Both the position numbers and the translations under genes were made by a program. The notes under the pieces were generated by a model. It ran no database searches, was not told where the DNA came from, and worked only from the letters and a program-made list of their open reading frames with translations. Below are positions 1 through 9,265 of a stretch of 64,000 bases of DNA, one piece after another (position 1 is the stretch's first letter; each line of letters begins with the position of its first letter). The stretch is from Bacteriovoracaceae bacterium (GTDB lineage Bacteria; Bdellovibrionota; Bacteriovoracia; Bacteriovoracales; Bacteriovoracaceae). Location: contig JBLWTJ010000001.1 in the NCBI GenBank assembly GCA_048270185.1, positions 1,664,001-1,728,000 of the forward strand, given 5' to 3'.

Positions 1-664
1 CGAATGCAGGCTCACCAAGACCTACTGGACAATTTTCAATATTAACTGAAATGCGACCACCAACTGAATCTCCCTTGGCCTTCAAATCAATCAGATATTT
101 TTCAATCTCTTGATCTCTACTTGGATTTCCAAAATTATACGTACCAAGATCTTGTGGAAAACTCTTTATTATATTTTCACATTCAAACGGCCCAAGCTTA
201 GAAATAAAAGTATTAACTTTCACTTTAGGTAGAACCAAACTAGCAAAGTAGCCAGCGACAACACGGGCCACTGTTTCACGTCCACTACTTCTACCTCCTC
301 CGCGGTGATCTCGGAGTCCATATTTTAATTCATACGTCTTATCAGCGTGACCTGGACGATAATTATCTTTTAATTTGTCATAGTCCTTACTTCGTTGGTT
401 CGTGTTACGAATGATAACAGCAATTGGTGTCCCAAGAGTTTTACCCTCAAAAATTCCTGATAGAACTTCAGCTTGATCGGCTTCTTTTCTGGCCGTCACA
501 CCTTTTGATCTTCCGGGTGCTCTCTTATCGAGCATGGCCTGTAAATCATCGTGATTGAAATCTAGTCCGCTAGGGACTCCATCAAGAACCACTCCTAGGG
601 CCACACCATGTGATTCCCCAAAAGTTGTCATTGAAAACATTTTTCCAAATATACTTCCGCGCAT
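1..664 (-). CDS. aroC: Chorismate synthase (3' part runs off the window)
   Basis: Manual translation from ATG 664: MRGSIFGKMFSMTTFGESHG...RPGHADKTY...RDHRGGGRSSGRET; AGGAG RBS upstream. Confidence 0.97.
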   Translation of the reverse strand, partial: MRGSIFGKMFSMTTFGESHGVALGVVLDGVPSGLDFNHDDLQAMLDKRAPGRSKGVTARKEADQAEVLSGIFEGKTLGTPIAVIIRNTNQRSKDYDKLKDNYRPGHADKTYELKYGLRDHRGGGRSSGRETVARVVAGYFASLVLPKVKVNTFISKLGPFECENIIKSFPQDLGTYNFGNPSRDQEIEKYLIDLKAKGDSVGGRISVNIENCPVGLGEPAF

Positions 665-747
665 TAAAACTCCTATCTACCTATTATCACCTTAAAAACT
701 CAAATATTCCAATCGCGACAGCTAGGTAAATATGTTATTTATAACAG

Positions 748-1461
748 ATGGAAAACTTAAAATACCTAAAAGATGTCATGGGGCTTGAAAAAGTAATCGA
801 GGGCCTTAATAGCGCTACAAATGAAGAGCTTAAGCGGATTGATTTTTTAATTAAGCAAAAATCAAATAAAGATGAGCTTATTAACCTAGCACAAGACTCC
901 ATTACTGCCCTTAAGCACAGTAATTCTAGTCTTGAAAAAGAGCTCTTTGATAAAGAAAAGAAGCTTGAAAATGCAAAAGCACAGCTTTCAACCGTGACAA
1001 CATCTCAACAGGAAGAGTCAGTTTCTAAAGCTATTGCAACTCTTGAGTCAGAATGTGAAAAACTCCAGGATCAGGTACTTGAAAATCTTGAAACGATTGA
1101 AGTAAAAGAAAGTGAAGTTAGTGAAGCCCAAGAGTTTATTTTAGGTGTGACACAAACAATTTCTGAGATCGAAGCAGAAGTTAAGGCCCTCCAGAAAGCC
1201 AATGATGAAAAGATCTTTCAATTAGAAGCTCAGATTATTGGCCTGATCAATGAAATCCCTACTAACGTTGCAAATTTATATAAAAAGGCAAAAGAAAAGC
1301 ATCAATACGATGCTGCAACTTTTATTATCGGCAATAGCTGTGGGCGCTGTAAATTTACATACGCTCCAGCTGAGTGTGCTCAATTTAACAATGGATTGGA
1401 TTTAATACTATGTAAGGGGTGTGGCAGACTACTCTTACCAAGTAGCCTACGTAATCTATAA
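748..1461 (+). CDS. Coiled-coil protein with C-terminal C4 zinc ribbon (DUF164/CT398-like)
   Basis: Long coiled coil followed by CGRC...CKGCGRLL. Confidence 0.75.
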   Translation: MENLKYLKDVMGLEKVIEGLNSATNEELKRIDFLIKQKSNKDELINLAQDSITALKHSNSSLEKELFDKEKKLENAKAQLSTVTTSQQEESVSKAIATLESECEKLQDQVLENLETIEVKESEVSEAQEFILGVTQTISEIEAEVKALQKANDEKIFQLEAQIIGLINEIPTNVANLYKKAKEKHQYDAATFIIGNSCGRCKFTYAPAECAQFNNGLDLILCKGCGRLLLPSSLRNL

Positions 1462-2850
1462 TTATTTGAAGTAATTCTCTAATTTTCCGTAGATATCAAG
1501 AAGACTAAAATATAGCTTCTGACGTCGACTGACATATTCAACATACTTATTCTCTGTACTAATAAGTCTTTCCTCGGCTGAAATAACATTATCAAAATCG
1601 GCACGGCCACGTGAGTAAAGTTTATTATATTCTTTAACAGATAGTGTCGCTAATTTATGACGATCAAGAACAAGATCAATTGTTTGATCGATAAGTCTAA
1701 TTGTATTTTTAAGTGCGTCTAATTGATTCTTCGTGCGAATTCTTGCTAATCGATATTGGTATTCAGTATTTAGTCGATTTACCCTTGCCTGCTTAAGAGA
1801 GTTTTCTTCTGTACCAAAACCAAGAGGAATAACGACAGTAAGCCCTATTTCAGTGGCATCATTATCTGAGCCAAAAGTCCCATTGCTAACAACATTGCCA
1901 GAAGAAGCTGTCGTATAGGCATTTGTTTTGTACGCACCTTTTAATTCTATTGTTGGAAAAACAGAATCATCGAATTTTTCGACAGTCTTATCAAGGGCCT
2001 CAAGTTTCTTATTAAGAGCTTGGATTGTTAGGTTTGAATCAACTTCTCCCGAGATTAACTTCTCAAGTTTCACTTTCTTAATTTCATAACGACTGATATC
2101 AGAAAATGAATGTGACTTCTCTAATTTACTCTCAAGAGTTTTCTTATATGATTCAAGTTGTGATTCAAGTTCAGCATATTCTTCACTAACAGAATTAACT
2201 GAAGACTGAGCAGTGAAAAGGTCGACTCTTTCTTTTAGGCCATCGCGAACTTGTTTTTCTACGAACTTAAGCCTTTTTAAGGCCCTCTTCTTGGCTTCAT
2301 TCTTAAGCTCTAGAAGTGTTTTTACTTTTTTATAATCATAGTATATCTCAATTAATGAGAGAACATTCTCCGAGACTTCAGCATCAAATTGAAACTTTGA
2401 AGAAGTTACATTCTTAGCAGCAATCTCTTCATCCGCTCTGTCATTTTGTCCTAAGAAATTCTTTCCAAAGCTTTGAGTATAGCTCATCTCTTGGTTATAG
2501 CCTTCGTACTGAGTACTTCCATCAAAATCGATATAAGAGCCTGTAAGAGAGAACTTTCCACCCCATTGGTTTTCTTTTGCAATTTCGGCGGCTGACGTGA
2601 ATGTTTCATAAGTATTAACAAGGTTTGGATTATTTGGATTTGAAATAAGTCCTACGTCATCAACTTGATTTAAAAAGCTTAAAGTCCAAGGTCTCTTGTC
2701 ACCTGTTTCAAGTTCAAGACTAAGTTTTGCTAACTCAAAATTATAACTTGCTACTTTTATTTCAGTTGAATTATTTAGGTATTCACGTACGTAACTCTTA
2801 AGATTTGCACTTGCAGATAATGACACAAGAGCCAATAAAATATATTTCAT
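1462..2850 (-). CDS. TolC-family outer membrane efflux protein
   Basis: Signal peptide, 462 aa, two helical repeats (VRDGLKERVDL; YSRGRADFDNVISAE). Confidence 0.8.
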   Translation of the reverse strand: MKYILLALVSLSASANLKSYVREYLNNSTEIKVASYNFELAKLSLELETGDKRPWTLSFLNQVDDVGLISNPNNPNLVNTYETFTSAAEIAKENQWGGKFSLTGSYIDFDGSTQYEGYNQEMSYTQSFGKNFLGQNDRADEEIAAKNVTSSKFQFDAEVSENVLSLIEIYYDYKKVKTLLELKNEAKKRALKRLKFVEKQVRDGLKERVDLFTAQSSVNSVSEEYAELESQLESYKKTLESKLEKSHSFSDISRYEIKKVKLEKLISGEVDSNLTIQALNKKLEALDKTVEKFDDSVFPTIELKGAYKTNAYTTASSGNVVSNGTFGSDNDATEIGLTVVIPLGFGTEENSLKQARVNRLNTEYQYRLARIRTKNQLDALKNTIRLIDQTIDLVLDRHKLATLSVKEYNKLYSRGRADFDNVISAEERLISTENKYVEYVSRRQKLYFSLLDIYGKLENYFK

Positions 2851-2944
2851 TAAATCTCCAAAAAATGACTCAACTCTTATACGATTAAGGTTAAGAAAAG
2901 TTTTACCACGGTGATAATACCCTGACTAGCTGGCCAACAACACT

Positions 2945-2974
2945 TTGACAATCAACGTGACATAGGGCATAAAT
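2945..2974 (+). promoter_or_regulatory. Sigma-70-type promoter of rnpB
   Basis: Perfect TTGACA at 2945 with a weaker CATAAAT -10 just before the RNA 5' end. Confidence 0.55.
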
Positions 2975-2979
2975 CCATC

Positions 2980-3339
2980 AGAGTTAAGGAGACTATCGCT
3001 GGTTTATTCTACTTCGGTATAATAGACGGGAGGAAAGTCCGGGCACCATATGGCAGCTTAGCGGGTAACGCCCGTCGGTCGTGAGACTAGGACAAGTGCA
3101 ACAGAAAGGAAGTACAGGGGTTTGAACTCGATTGGGGTAGCTTTTGCCGGCCAATCAGTGACGAGATTTATCTCACCTGCTGTAGTGAAAACAGGTAAAC
3201 TCTAGGCGGTGCAAGCTTGAATAGGTCGACTTATGGGGTAGCCAGCCCTTGTTGACGGGTTAAGCGCTCGAGCCAGTGGGTAACTACTGGCCTAGACGAA
3301 TGATAGTCCAATACAGGACCCGGCTTATACCTTAACTCT
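2980..3339 (+). ncRNA. rnpB: RNase P RNA (bacterial type A)
   Basis: GAGGAAAGTCCGGGC, AGTGCAACAGAAAG, GGTAAACTC and ACAGGACCCGGCTTAT motifs; P1 closure AGAGTTAAGG/CCTTAACTCT. Confidence 0.97.
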
Positions 3340-3390
3340 ACTTTTAAATTTGTGCCGCTTTTGCGGCACATTTCATTTACAGGGGGAATA

Positions 3391-5409
3391 ATGGAATATC
3401 CTAAACCTAAGAAAGTCTCGAAGGAGACAAAAATCCACAATCAAGTTTTAACAGATGATTATCACTGGATGCGCAATCGAGAAGATGACAGTGATGTTAT
3501 GAAGTATCTCAACGACGAGAACGCTCTCTTTAAAACTTATCTTTCAGATAAGAAAGAGTTAAAGAATACAATCTATGAAGAATTAAAGTCTCGTGAGCTA
3601 CAGACCTATGATACTTGCCCGTACCCACATGATGAGTATGAGTACTACGAAAGATATGAGGCCGGAAAAGATTATCCTATTCATCTTCGACGTAAACTTA
3701 ACTCAAAAGAAGAGCTCGTTTGTCTTGATGAAAATGAACTGGCAGAGGGACAAGATTTCTTAAGTGTTGGTGCTTTTGATGTATCTCCTTGTCACCGTTA
3801 TCTTATCTATACAGTTGATTACTCTGGTGATGAACTTTACGACTTATATATTAAAGACTTATCAACAGGAAAAGTAGTTTTAGAAGGGCCGAAGAAAGTT
3901 AATGCTGGAACTTGTTGGTTTAACGATTCAAAACACTTTGCCTATATTGAAATGGATGACAATCTTCGTCCATATAAAGTTCATGTAACAGATTTAGAAA
4001 ACTCTTTTGATAAAGTAGTCTACACAGAAGAGTCTGGTGAGTACTTTCTTTCTATTGAAGAAACAATGGATCATCAATATATCCTTATCAATGCGGGTGG
4101 TTCGGCCAATAACTCAATCTCATATATGAAAGCAGATGCGAGTAACCTCGAACCAATTGAAATCTTTGCCAAAGAAGACAAGATTGAATATAGCGTTGAA
4201 AGTGATGGCGATAATTTTATTGTACTAACAAATAAGTATCATGAAAATTTCTCATTAATTGAAACTCCAATTAATTCTCCATCATATGAAAACCCTAAAT
4301 TTATTATCGAAGGCTGTAGTGAACGCTATCTAATTAACTTCAATGTCTTTAAAGACTTTAAAGTTGTAAGCTTTAGAAGCAAGGGCCTTAACCAATTTAT
4401 GATTTTAAAAGATGGAAAAACTTTTGAAATCAATTTTCCAGAAGATGCTTATTATGCGGGTGGTGGTAATAATGCAAATTATGAAACATCTACATTTCGC
4501 TATAACTATAGTTCACTAACAACTCCATCAACTACTTATGACTTTGATATTGAGACTCAAGTTTCAACAAAGATTCACCAAGTTGAAGTGCCTGGATTTG
4601 ATCAAGGAAAGTATGAAGTTGAAAGACTATTCATTCCATCACATGATGGCGTTATGGTTCCAATGACAGTTATCAAGGCAAAGACGACAAAGATCGGTGA
4701 CCCGAATAAGTGTCTTCTTTACGGATACGGTTCATACTCGATTTCAATTCACCCATGGTTTAACCGCAATGTGATTTCACTTCTTGATCGTGGTTTTGTC
4801 TATGCGATTGGGCATATTAGAGGAAGCTCAACACTTGGGCGTCACTGGTATGAAAATGGTAAATTCCTTTATAAGAAAAATACTTTTGAAGACTTCTACG
4901 CTTGTGCCAAGTACTTGGTTGAGAATAATTACACGGCCAAAGGTAAGATTGGGATCATGGGCGGAAGTGCAGGTGGAATGCTTGTGGGGGCCACAAGTAA
5001 CTTAGACACTGATGGAATTATTGGTGCAGTCGTTGCTGACGTACCATTTGTTGATGTTCTCAACACAATGCTTGATAGCAGTCTACCTTTAACAGAACTT
5101 GAGTATGAAGAGTGGGGAAATCCAAATGACCTCGAATACTTCGAGTATATTAAGTCATACTGTCCTTATACAAATATTCAAAAGCGAGACTATCCTGCCG
5201 TACTAGCAATTGCAGGATTAAATGATCCACGTGTAACTTATTGGGAGCCAATGAAGTGGACATACAAACTACGTGATCTTTCAACAGACTCGAGAGTAAA
5301 ACTTCTTTGGACAAATATGGAAGCAGGACATGCCGGAGCTTCTGGACGCTTTGAAGCGTTTAAAGAAGTTGCCGACATCTACACTTTTTTAATTAATGAA
5401 TTAGAATAA
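3391..5409 (+). CDS. ptrB: Oligopeptidase B (S9A)
   Basis: DDYHWMR, YGYGSY, GGSAGG nucleophile, DPRV, AGHAG; start moved to ATG 3391 behind a GGGGA RBS. Confidence 0.93.
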   Translation: MEYPKPKKVSKETKIHNQVLTDDYHWMRNREDDSDVMKYLNDENALFKTYLSDKKELKNTIYEELKSRELQTYDTCPYPHDEYEYYERYEAGKDYPIHLRRKLNSKEELVCLDENELAEGQDFLSVGAFDVSPCHRYLIYTVDYSGDELYDLYIKDLSTGKVVLEGPKKVNAGTCWFNDSKHFAYIEMDDNLRPYKVHVTDLENSFDKVVYTEESGEYFLSIEETMDHQYILINAGGSANNSISYMKADASNLEPIEIFAKEDKIEYSVESDGDNFIVLTNKYHENFSLIETPINSPSYENPKFIIEGCSERYLINFNVFKDFKVVSFRSKGLNQFMILKDGKTFEINFPEDAYYAGGGNNANYETSTFRYNYSSLTTPSTTYDFDIETQVSTKIHQVEVPGFDQGKYEVERLFIPSHDGVMVPMTVIKAKTTKIGDPNKCLLYGYGSYSISIHPWFNRNVISLLDRGFVYAIGHIRGSSTLGRHWYENGKFLYKKNTFEDFYACAKYLVENNYTAKGKIGIMGGSAGGMLVGATSNLDTDGIIGAVVADVPFVDVLNTMLDSSLPLTELEYEEWGNPNDLEYFEYIKSYCPYTNIQKRDYPAVLAIAGLNDPRVTYWEPMKWTYKLRDLSTDSRVKLLWTNMEAGHAGASGRFEAFKEVADIYTFLINELE

Positions 5410-5862
5410 TTTTTTTAGGTCCTGGTGAGAGATCGCTAGGACCTTTGTAAACTTTGTTTTCTTATGTTCACTTGACCAAATAAACCCAGTCATCTCATCA
5501 TCTTTTAAAATAATTTTTAAATCACCTTCACCAAGTCCAGGCCTCACACCCTCATCATTATCATGGGGAAGACTTGAACAATCATAAACTCTGACAACAC
5601 CATCACCTAAGATGTCAACGACAACAGCAAGGTGCCCAGTATCGCCCTTTTGTGGAATAACTGTTTTTCGCCAACAGATAATATCACCCACTTCAAGTTC
5701 ACTATACTTAGTTTTCTTCTCTTTTGCTTCTTCAAGGAAATCAAAGAATTGATAGGCTTTTTTAAATGGAAGTTGAATTTCGTCACGTGAAGCTAAAAAT
5801 TTGATTGCCGTGTAGCAATTAAAATTATGATCTTCTCTAATAATACTTCTGTTTTCTAACAT
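5401..5862 (-). CDS. Hypothetical protein, possible CHAP/NlpC-P60-like amidase
   Basis: N-terminal Cys (FNCY) and GDIICW...TGHLAVV His motif. Confidence 0.5.
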   Translation of the reverse strand: MLENRSIIREDHNFNCYTAIKFLASRDEIQLPFKKAYQFFDFLEEAKEKKTKYSELEVGDIICWRKTVIPQKGDTGHLAVVVDILGDGVVRVYDCSSLPHDNDEGVRPGLGEGDLKIILKDDEMTGFIWSSEHKKTKFTKVLAISHQDLKKLF

Positions 5863-6896
5863 ATCTTCTCTAATGCCTTACTTGTGGCCGTTGAAATATT
5901 AAGCCTAGGACCAAGTTCATAAGCTTCAAAACTCTTATCCTTGGCATGCTTTGCATATGCTTTAAACTGAGTCTTATTTAACTCTAAGATATAATTTGTA
6001 ATCTTATACTTAGTGATCGTCGTCTTATACGATACTAATTCATCTAAGGCGACACTATTCTTTAAGTAAGGATATTGTTTTAGATCATTATCTTCACTTT
6101 CAATAATAAAAGTTGGACATTCAACCTGACCACTTAACCATTCAGTATCTTCTTTCATATACCCGAGAATACTATTCTTATTCTTAACAATGACTCGAAG
6201 TAGAGAGAGATCATACGACTTTTTAACCTTTTTAACCGGAATCTCAGGGTACTCAAGAGGCGCCCCACTCTTAGCAGCTACACATTTCTTCTTCATTGGA
6301 CAAGTAAGACAATTTGCAGCGCGGGCCTGGCAGTAGATACGGCCGAGATCCATTAAGGCTTCATTTATAGCACGAGGAGAATGATTATAGATTTCTTTAA
6401 AATCACCTTCTACAAATTTATTCTTAATAAGCTTTTGAAGCTTAGCTCCTTTTGCATGTTGAATACCGTAGAGACGAGAGATGACTCTTTCAATATTGGC
6501 ATCGATTGATAGAGCTTGTTGGTCTTGTCCAATACTTAAAATAGCATTGGCCGTGTATTCACCGATTCCAGAGATTGTCACAAGCTCTTCATAGCGACGT
6601 GGTATCTTTCCATTGAAGTTTTCAACGATATCGATAGCTGCCTTTCTTAAATTTCTTGCACGCCGGTAGTAACCAAGACCTTTCCATGCCACACAAATCT
6701 CATCTTCAGTTGAATTAGCAAGGGCCTTAATATTAGGATAAATTTTCAAGAAACGATCAAAATGATTTTGAACTGTTCCAACAGTTGTTTGTTGCAACAT
6801 TATTTCAGACACAAGTGTCTTATAAACAGTACGATTTTTTCGCCATGGAAGATTATTGTGGGTCTCTTTTGACCACTTCAGTAAATTGGAATACAT
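5856..6896 (-). CDS. mutY: A/G-specific adenine glycosylase
   Basis: LPWR, VSEIMLQQT, WKGLGYYRRARNL, GIGEYTA, C-x6-C-x2-C-x5-C Fe-S motif. Confidence 0.95.
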   Translation of the reverse strand: MYSNLLKWSKETHNNLPWRKNRTVYKTLVSEIMLQQTTVGTVQNHFDRFLKIYPNIKALANSTEDEICVAWKGLGYYRRARNLRKAAIDIVENFNGKIPRRYEELVTISGIGEYTANAILSIGQDQQALSIDANIERVISRLYGIQHAKGAKLQKLIKNKFVEGDFKEIYNHSPRAINEALMDLGRIYCQARAANCLTCPMKKKCVAAKSGAPLEYPEIPVKKVKKSYDLSLLRVIVKNKNSILGYMKEDTEWLSGQVECPTFIIESEDNDLKQYPYLKNSVALDELVSYKTTITKYKITNYILELNKTQFKAYAKHAKDKSFEAYELGPRLNISTATSKALEKIC

Positions 6897-6921
6897 GAGA
6901 TATTTTTATCTTTTTTGGTAA

Positions 6922-7689
6922 TTATTTGCAAGATGCTTTTAGCGTATCTGCTAGTTTTAATAGGTCATCAGGATAGAATGGCTTTGTTCCAACGCCATGA
7001 ATCTTCGCCTTGATATTACTTAGAAAATCCATGAGTTCCCCCTTGGCTTCATCAATATCAGTAAGAACAAAGAGATGTTTTGTATCAGAGTTCTTAACCC
7101 AGCGGATGATTTTTTGAGTATTATTTCCGCCTTTTGTTTGGCACAAATAATTATCATTTTTAATTTCTCTAATTGAAGAATCAAAAGACTTAATTGTAAT
7201 AGGGCATCCATAGCTGAGTCTTGTGACGAAACTTTTACGATAGCAAGTATCTCCAGTTTTTGACCAATCAGAATTTCTTAGTGAAGCTGAAGTATCAACC
7301 CAAACTTCATACTTTGTCGTCTTTTTCTTTTTAACTTTTTTTGCCTTTCCACAAAAGATATCAAAGTAGGCACCAGTACAACGAATCATATCTGAATCAA
7401 TTGTATTTTCAACTTTAGGCTTACCTGAAGGTACACCATATTCTTGCTCAATATAGTCTTTCCCAGACTTGCCTTCCACATAACCGGTTTGTGGATCGAA
7501 GCAGCCATCGCCCATTGGAATACAGTCATCATTTTCAGCGACTGCTTGAAATGTTTTTGTCTTAAAGTTCAGAAGATCTATTAGAGCAGATTTCTTCGCA
7601 GGAGAGATAAAGATAAACTCCACCGTATCCGGTAAAGCATATACCGACGTGGAAATAATTATGAATGCTAAAATCATTCTTTTAAGCAA
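6922..7689 (-). CDS. Exported Cys-containing hypothetical protein (possible degenerate vWA-like domain)
   Basis: Signal peptide; VWVDTSASL and LFVLTD resemble MIDAS segments. Confidence 0.5.
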   Translation of the reverse strand: MLKRMILAFIIISTSVYALPDTVEFIFISPAKKSALIDLLNFKTKTFQAVAENDDCIPMGDGCFDPQTGYVEGKSGKDYIEQEYGVPSGKPKVENTIDSDMIRCTGAYFDIFCGKAKKVKKKKTTKYEVWVDTSASLRNSDWSKTGDTCYRKSFVTRLSYGCPITIKSFDSSIREIKNDNYLCQTKGGNNTQKIIRWVKNSDTKHLFVLTDIDEAKGELMDFLSNIKAKIHGVGTKPFYPDDLLKLADTLKASCK

Positions 7690-8326
7690 TCATTCCTCTT
7701 TGTCTAAAGTACCTAAACAAATCATTGCCTAGATCTACAATTAAATCTCTCGCATCAATGTCGAGACTAAGAAAGTCTGCAACATAAGCTTTTTGTCTTG
7801 GAGTAAGTTGCGCCATTCGCTCTTTAAGTTGTTCCTCATTACTAGTATCAACCATAAAAGGCATCGTGCGTGTTTTACCACCTACTTTAATTGTTGGGTT
7901 TGCATTAATTTGTGCATTCCCTGTAGTGCCTGTTTTAATCGTGTCAACAAGAGCATCTTCAAATGTACTTGTCGATGTCGTTTCAGCTACAGGCTTTTGT
8001 TCAGGTGCAGGTTGCTGTTGTGGTGCTGCTGCATCTTTCTTTTCATCAGCTTTATAGAATTTAACAAGTCTTATAAAGTGATCAGTAAAGTGCTCTTCGA
8101 CAAAATCAATCATTTCATGAAGCGGAATCTCTAAATGAGCAGTTATTTTGGCAACTACTTGAGGGTTTATCTCAGTTGTCTTCATTGAAAGAAAGCGTGA
8201 TACCGTGGAAACACCAAGCCCAGTCGCTTCCGCAAGATCTTTTTGTGTCATTGGTCCACGAACCTGCATGTATTTCCTAATAATCCCTAGGTAATCATCC
8301 AATTTGTCTTTGTTAAATTCGGCCAT
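7682..8326 (-). CDS. XRE-family HTH transcriptional regulator
   Basis: MTQKDLAEATGLGVSTVSRFL; start chosen by AGGAG spacing. Confidence 0.85.
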   Translation of the reverse strand: MAEFNKDKLDDYLGIIRKYMQVRGPMTQKDLAEATGLGVSTVSRFLSMKTTEINPQVVAKITAHLEIPLHEMIDFVEEHFTDHFIRLVKFYKADEKKDAAAPQQQPAPEQKPVAETTSTSTFEDALVDTIKTGTTGNAQINANPTIKVGGKTRTMPFMVDTSNEEQLKERMAQLTPRQKAYVADFLSLDIDARDLIVDLGNDLFRYFRQRGMIA

Positions 8327-8547
8327 CGCCATCTCCTTGCATGTTGAAATACCTGCAACTGCCTGATATCTTGTCTAACTAAATTGCAGCCTGAAAAAAA
8401 ATGGCTCCAAAAGTCCCTAATATCATTATCGGATTTAATTTTTATTTCTTTATGCAATTTTATTGCTTGACGCAATAGGTCAAGAATGGTTATTATTGCA
8501 GTGTGGATGAACGAATCCACAAATTAAGCAAGGCTTGGGGGGATCAC

Positions 8548-9075
8548 ATGGCCACTTTAACAAACTTCATTATGCCAGAGACTTTTAACGATTTTCAGAA
8601 TGGACAATTTGAAGTCATTGAAAAAGAGACGGTGAAATCAAGTGATTTAAGTAACTTAACCATATCTGGTTCTCTCTTCTCTCAAACTACTTTTATCGCT
8701 GTTCACTTCAAGTCTTGTACTTTTTTTGGATCGAAGATGAGAGAATGTGAATTTATCAATTGTACGTTTGAAAATTGCAACTTCGAATTTTCACATATTG
8801 AAGATTGCAATTTTGAAGGATGCAAGCTCATTGGGAATACATGGAAGTATTCCACTTTAAAACACTCAATTATTGAAGAGTGTGAATTCGACCTTGCTGC
8901 ATATCGAATTATTAAAGAAGGGGTTAAAAATGAATTTGATCTCTTTGAAGAAACGCAAGACTTAGAGGAAATCAAAGAAGAAGTTGAAGAGGTGATGAAT
9001 TTTCAAGAAGCACTTCTATCATCTCCCAGGCAATGGAGTAATACTTTGATCAACTTTATTAAGCAAGCGGCCTAA
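8548..9075 (+). CDS. Pentapeptide-repeat protein
   Basis: Repeated CTFFG/CEFIN/CTFEN/CNFEF/CNFEG pentamers; GGGGGA RBS. Confidence 0.85.
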   Translation: MATLTNFIMPETFNDFQNGQFEVIEKETVKSSDLSNLTISGSLFSQTTFIAVHFKSCTFFGSKMRECEFINCTFENCNFEFSHIEDCNFEGCKLIGNTWKYSTLKHSIIEECEFDLAAYRIIKEGVKNEFDLFEETQDLEEIKEEVEEVMNFQEALLSSPRQWSNTLINFIKQAA

Positions 9076-9235
9076 ACAAGAAAGAAAATTTACCTGACAA
9101 TGGTGTTTATATCGAAAAAGTCTCAGGGAAAATACGGTCAGGCACAAATCAGAATTTGAGACAAAATATCATAACCTAGTTTTGCTAACAACGGATGTTA
9201 ACAAGCAGGAAATCTCGCAACTCATACTTGCTCTC

Positions 9236-9265
9236 GGCCATCTCTCAAGGATGGCCTTCTTTTTT
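9236..9265 (+). terminator. Intrinsic terminator
   Basis: GGCCATC-loop-GATGGCC followed by TTCTTTTTT. Confidence 0.75.

Noticed and set aside
3231..3440. 69-aa ORF
   Set aside because: Antisense to rnpB and the start of ptrB
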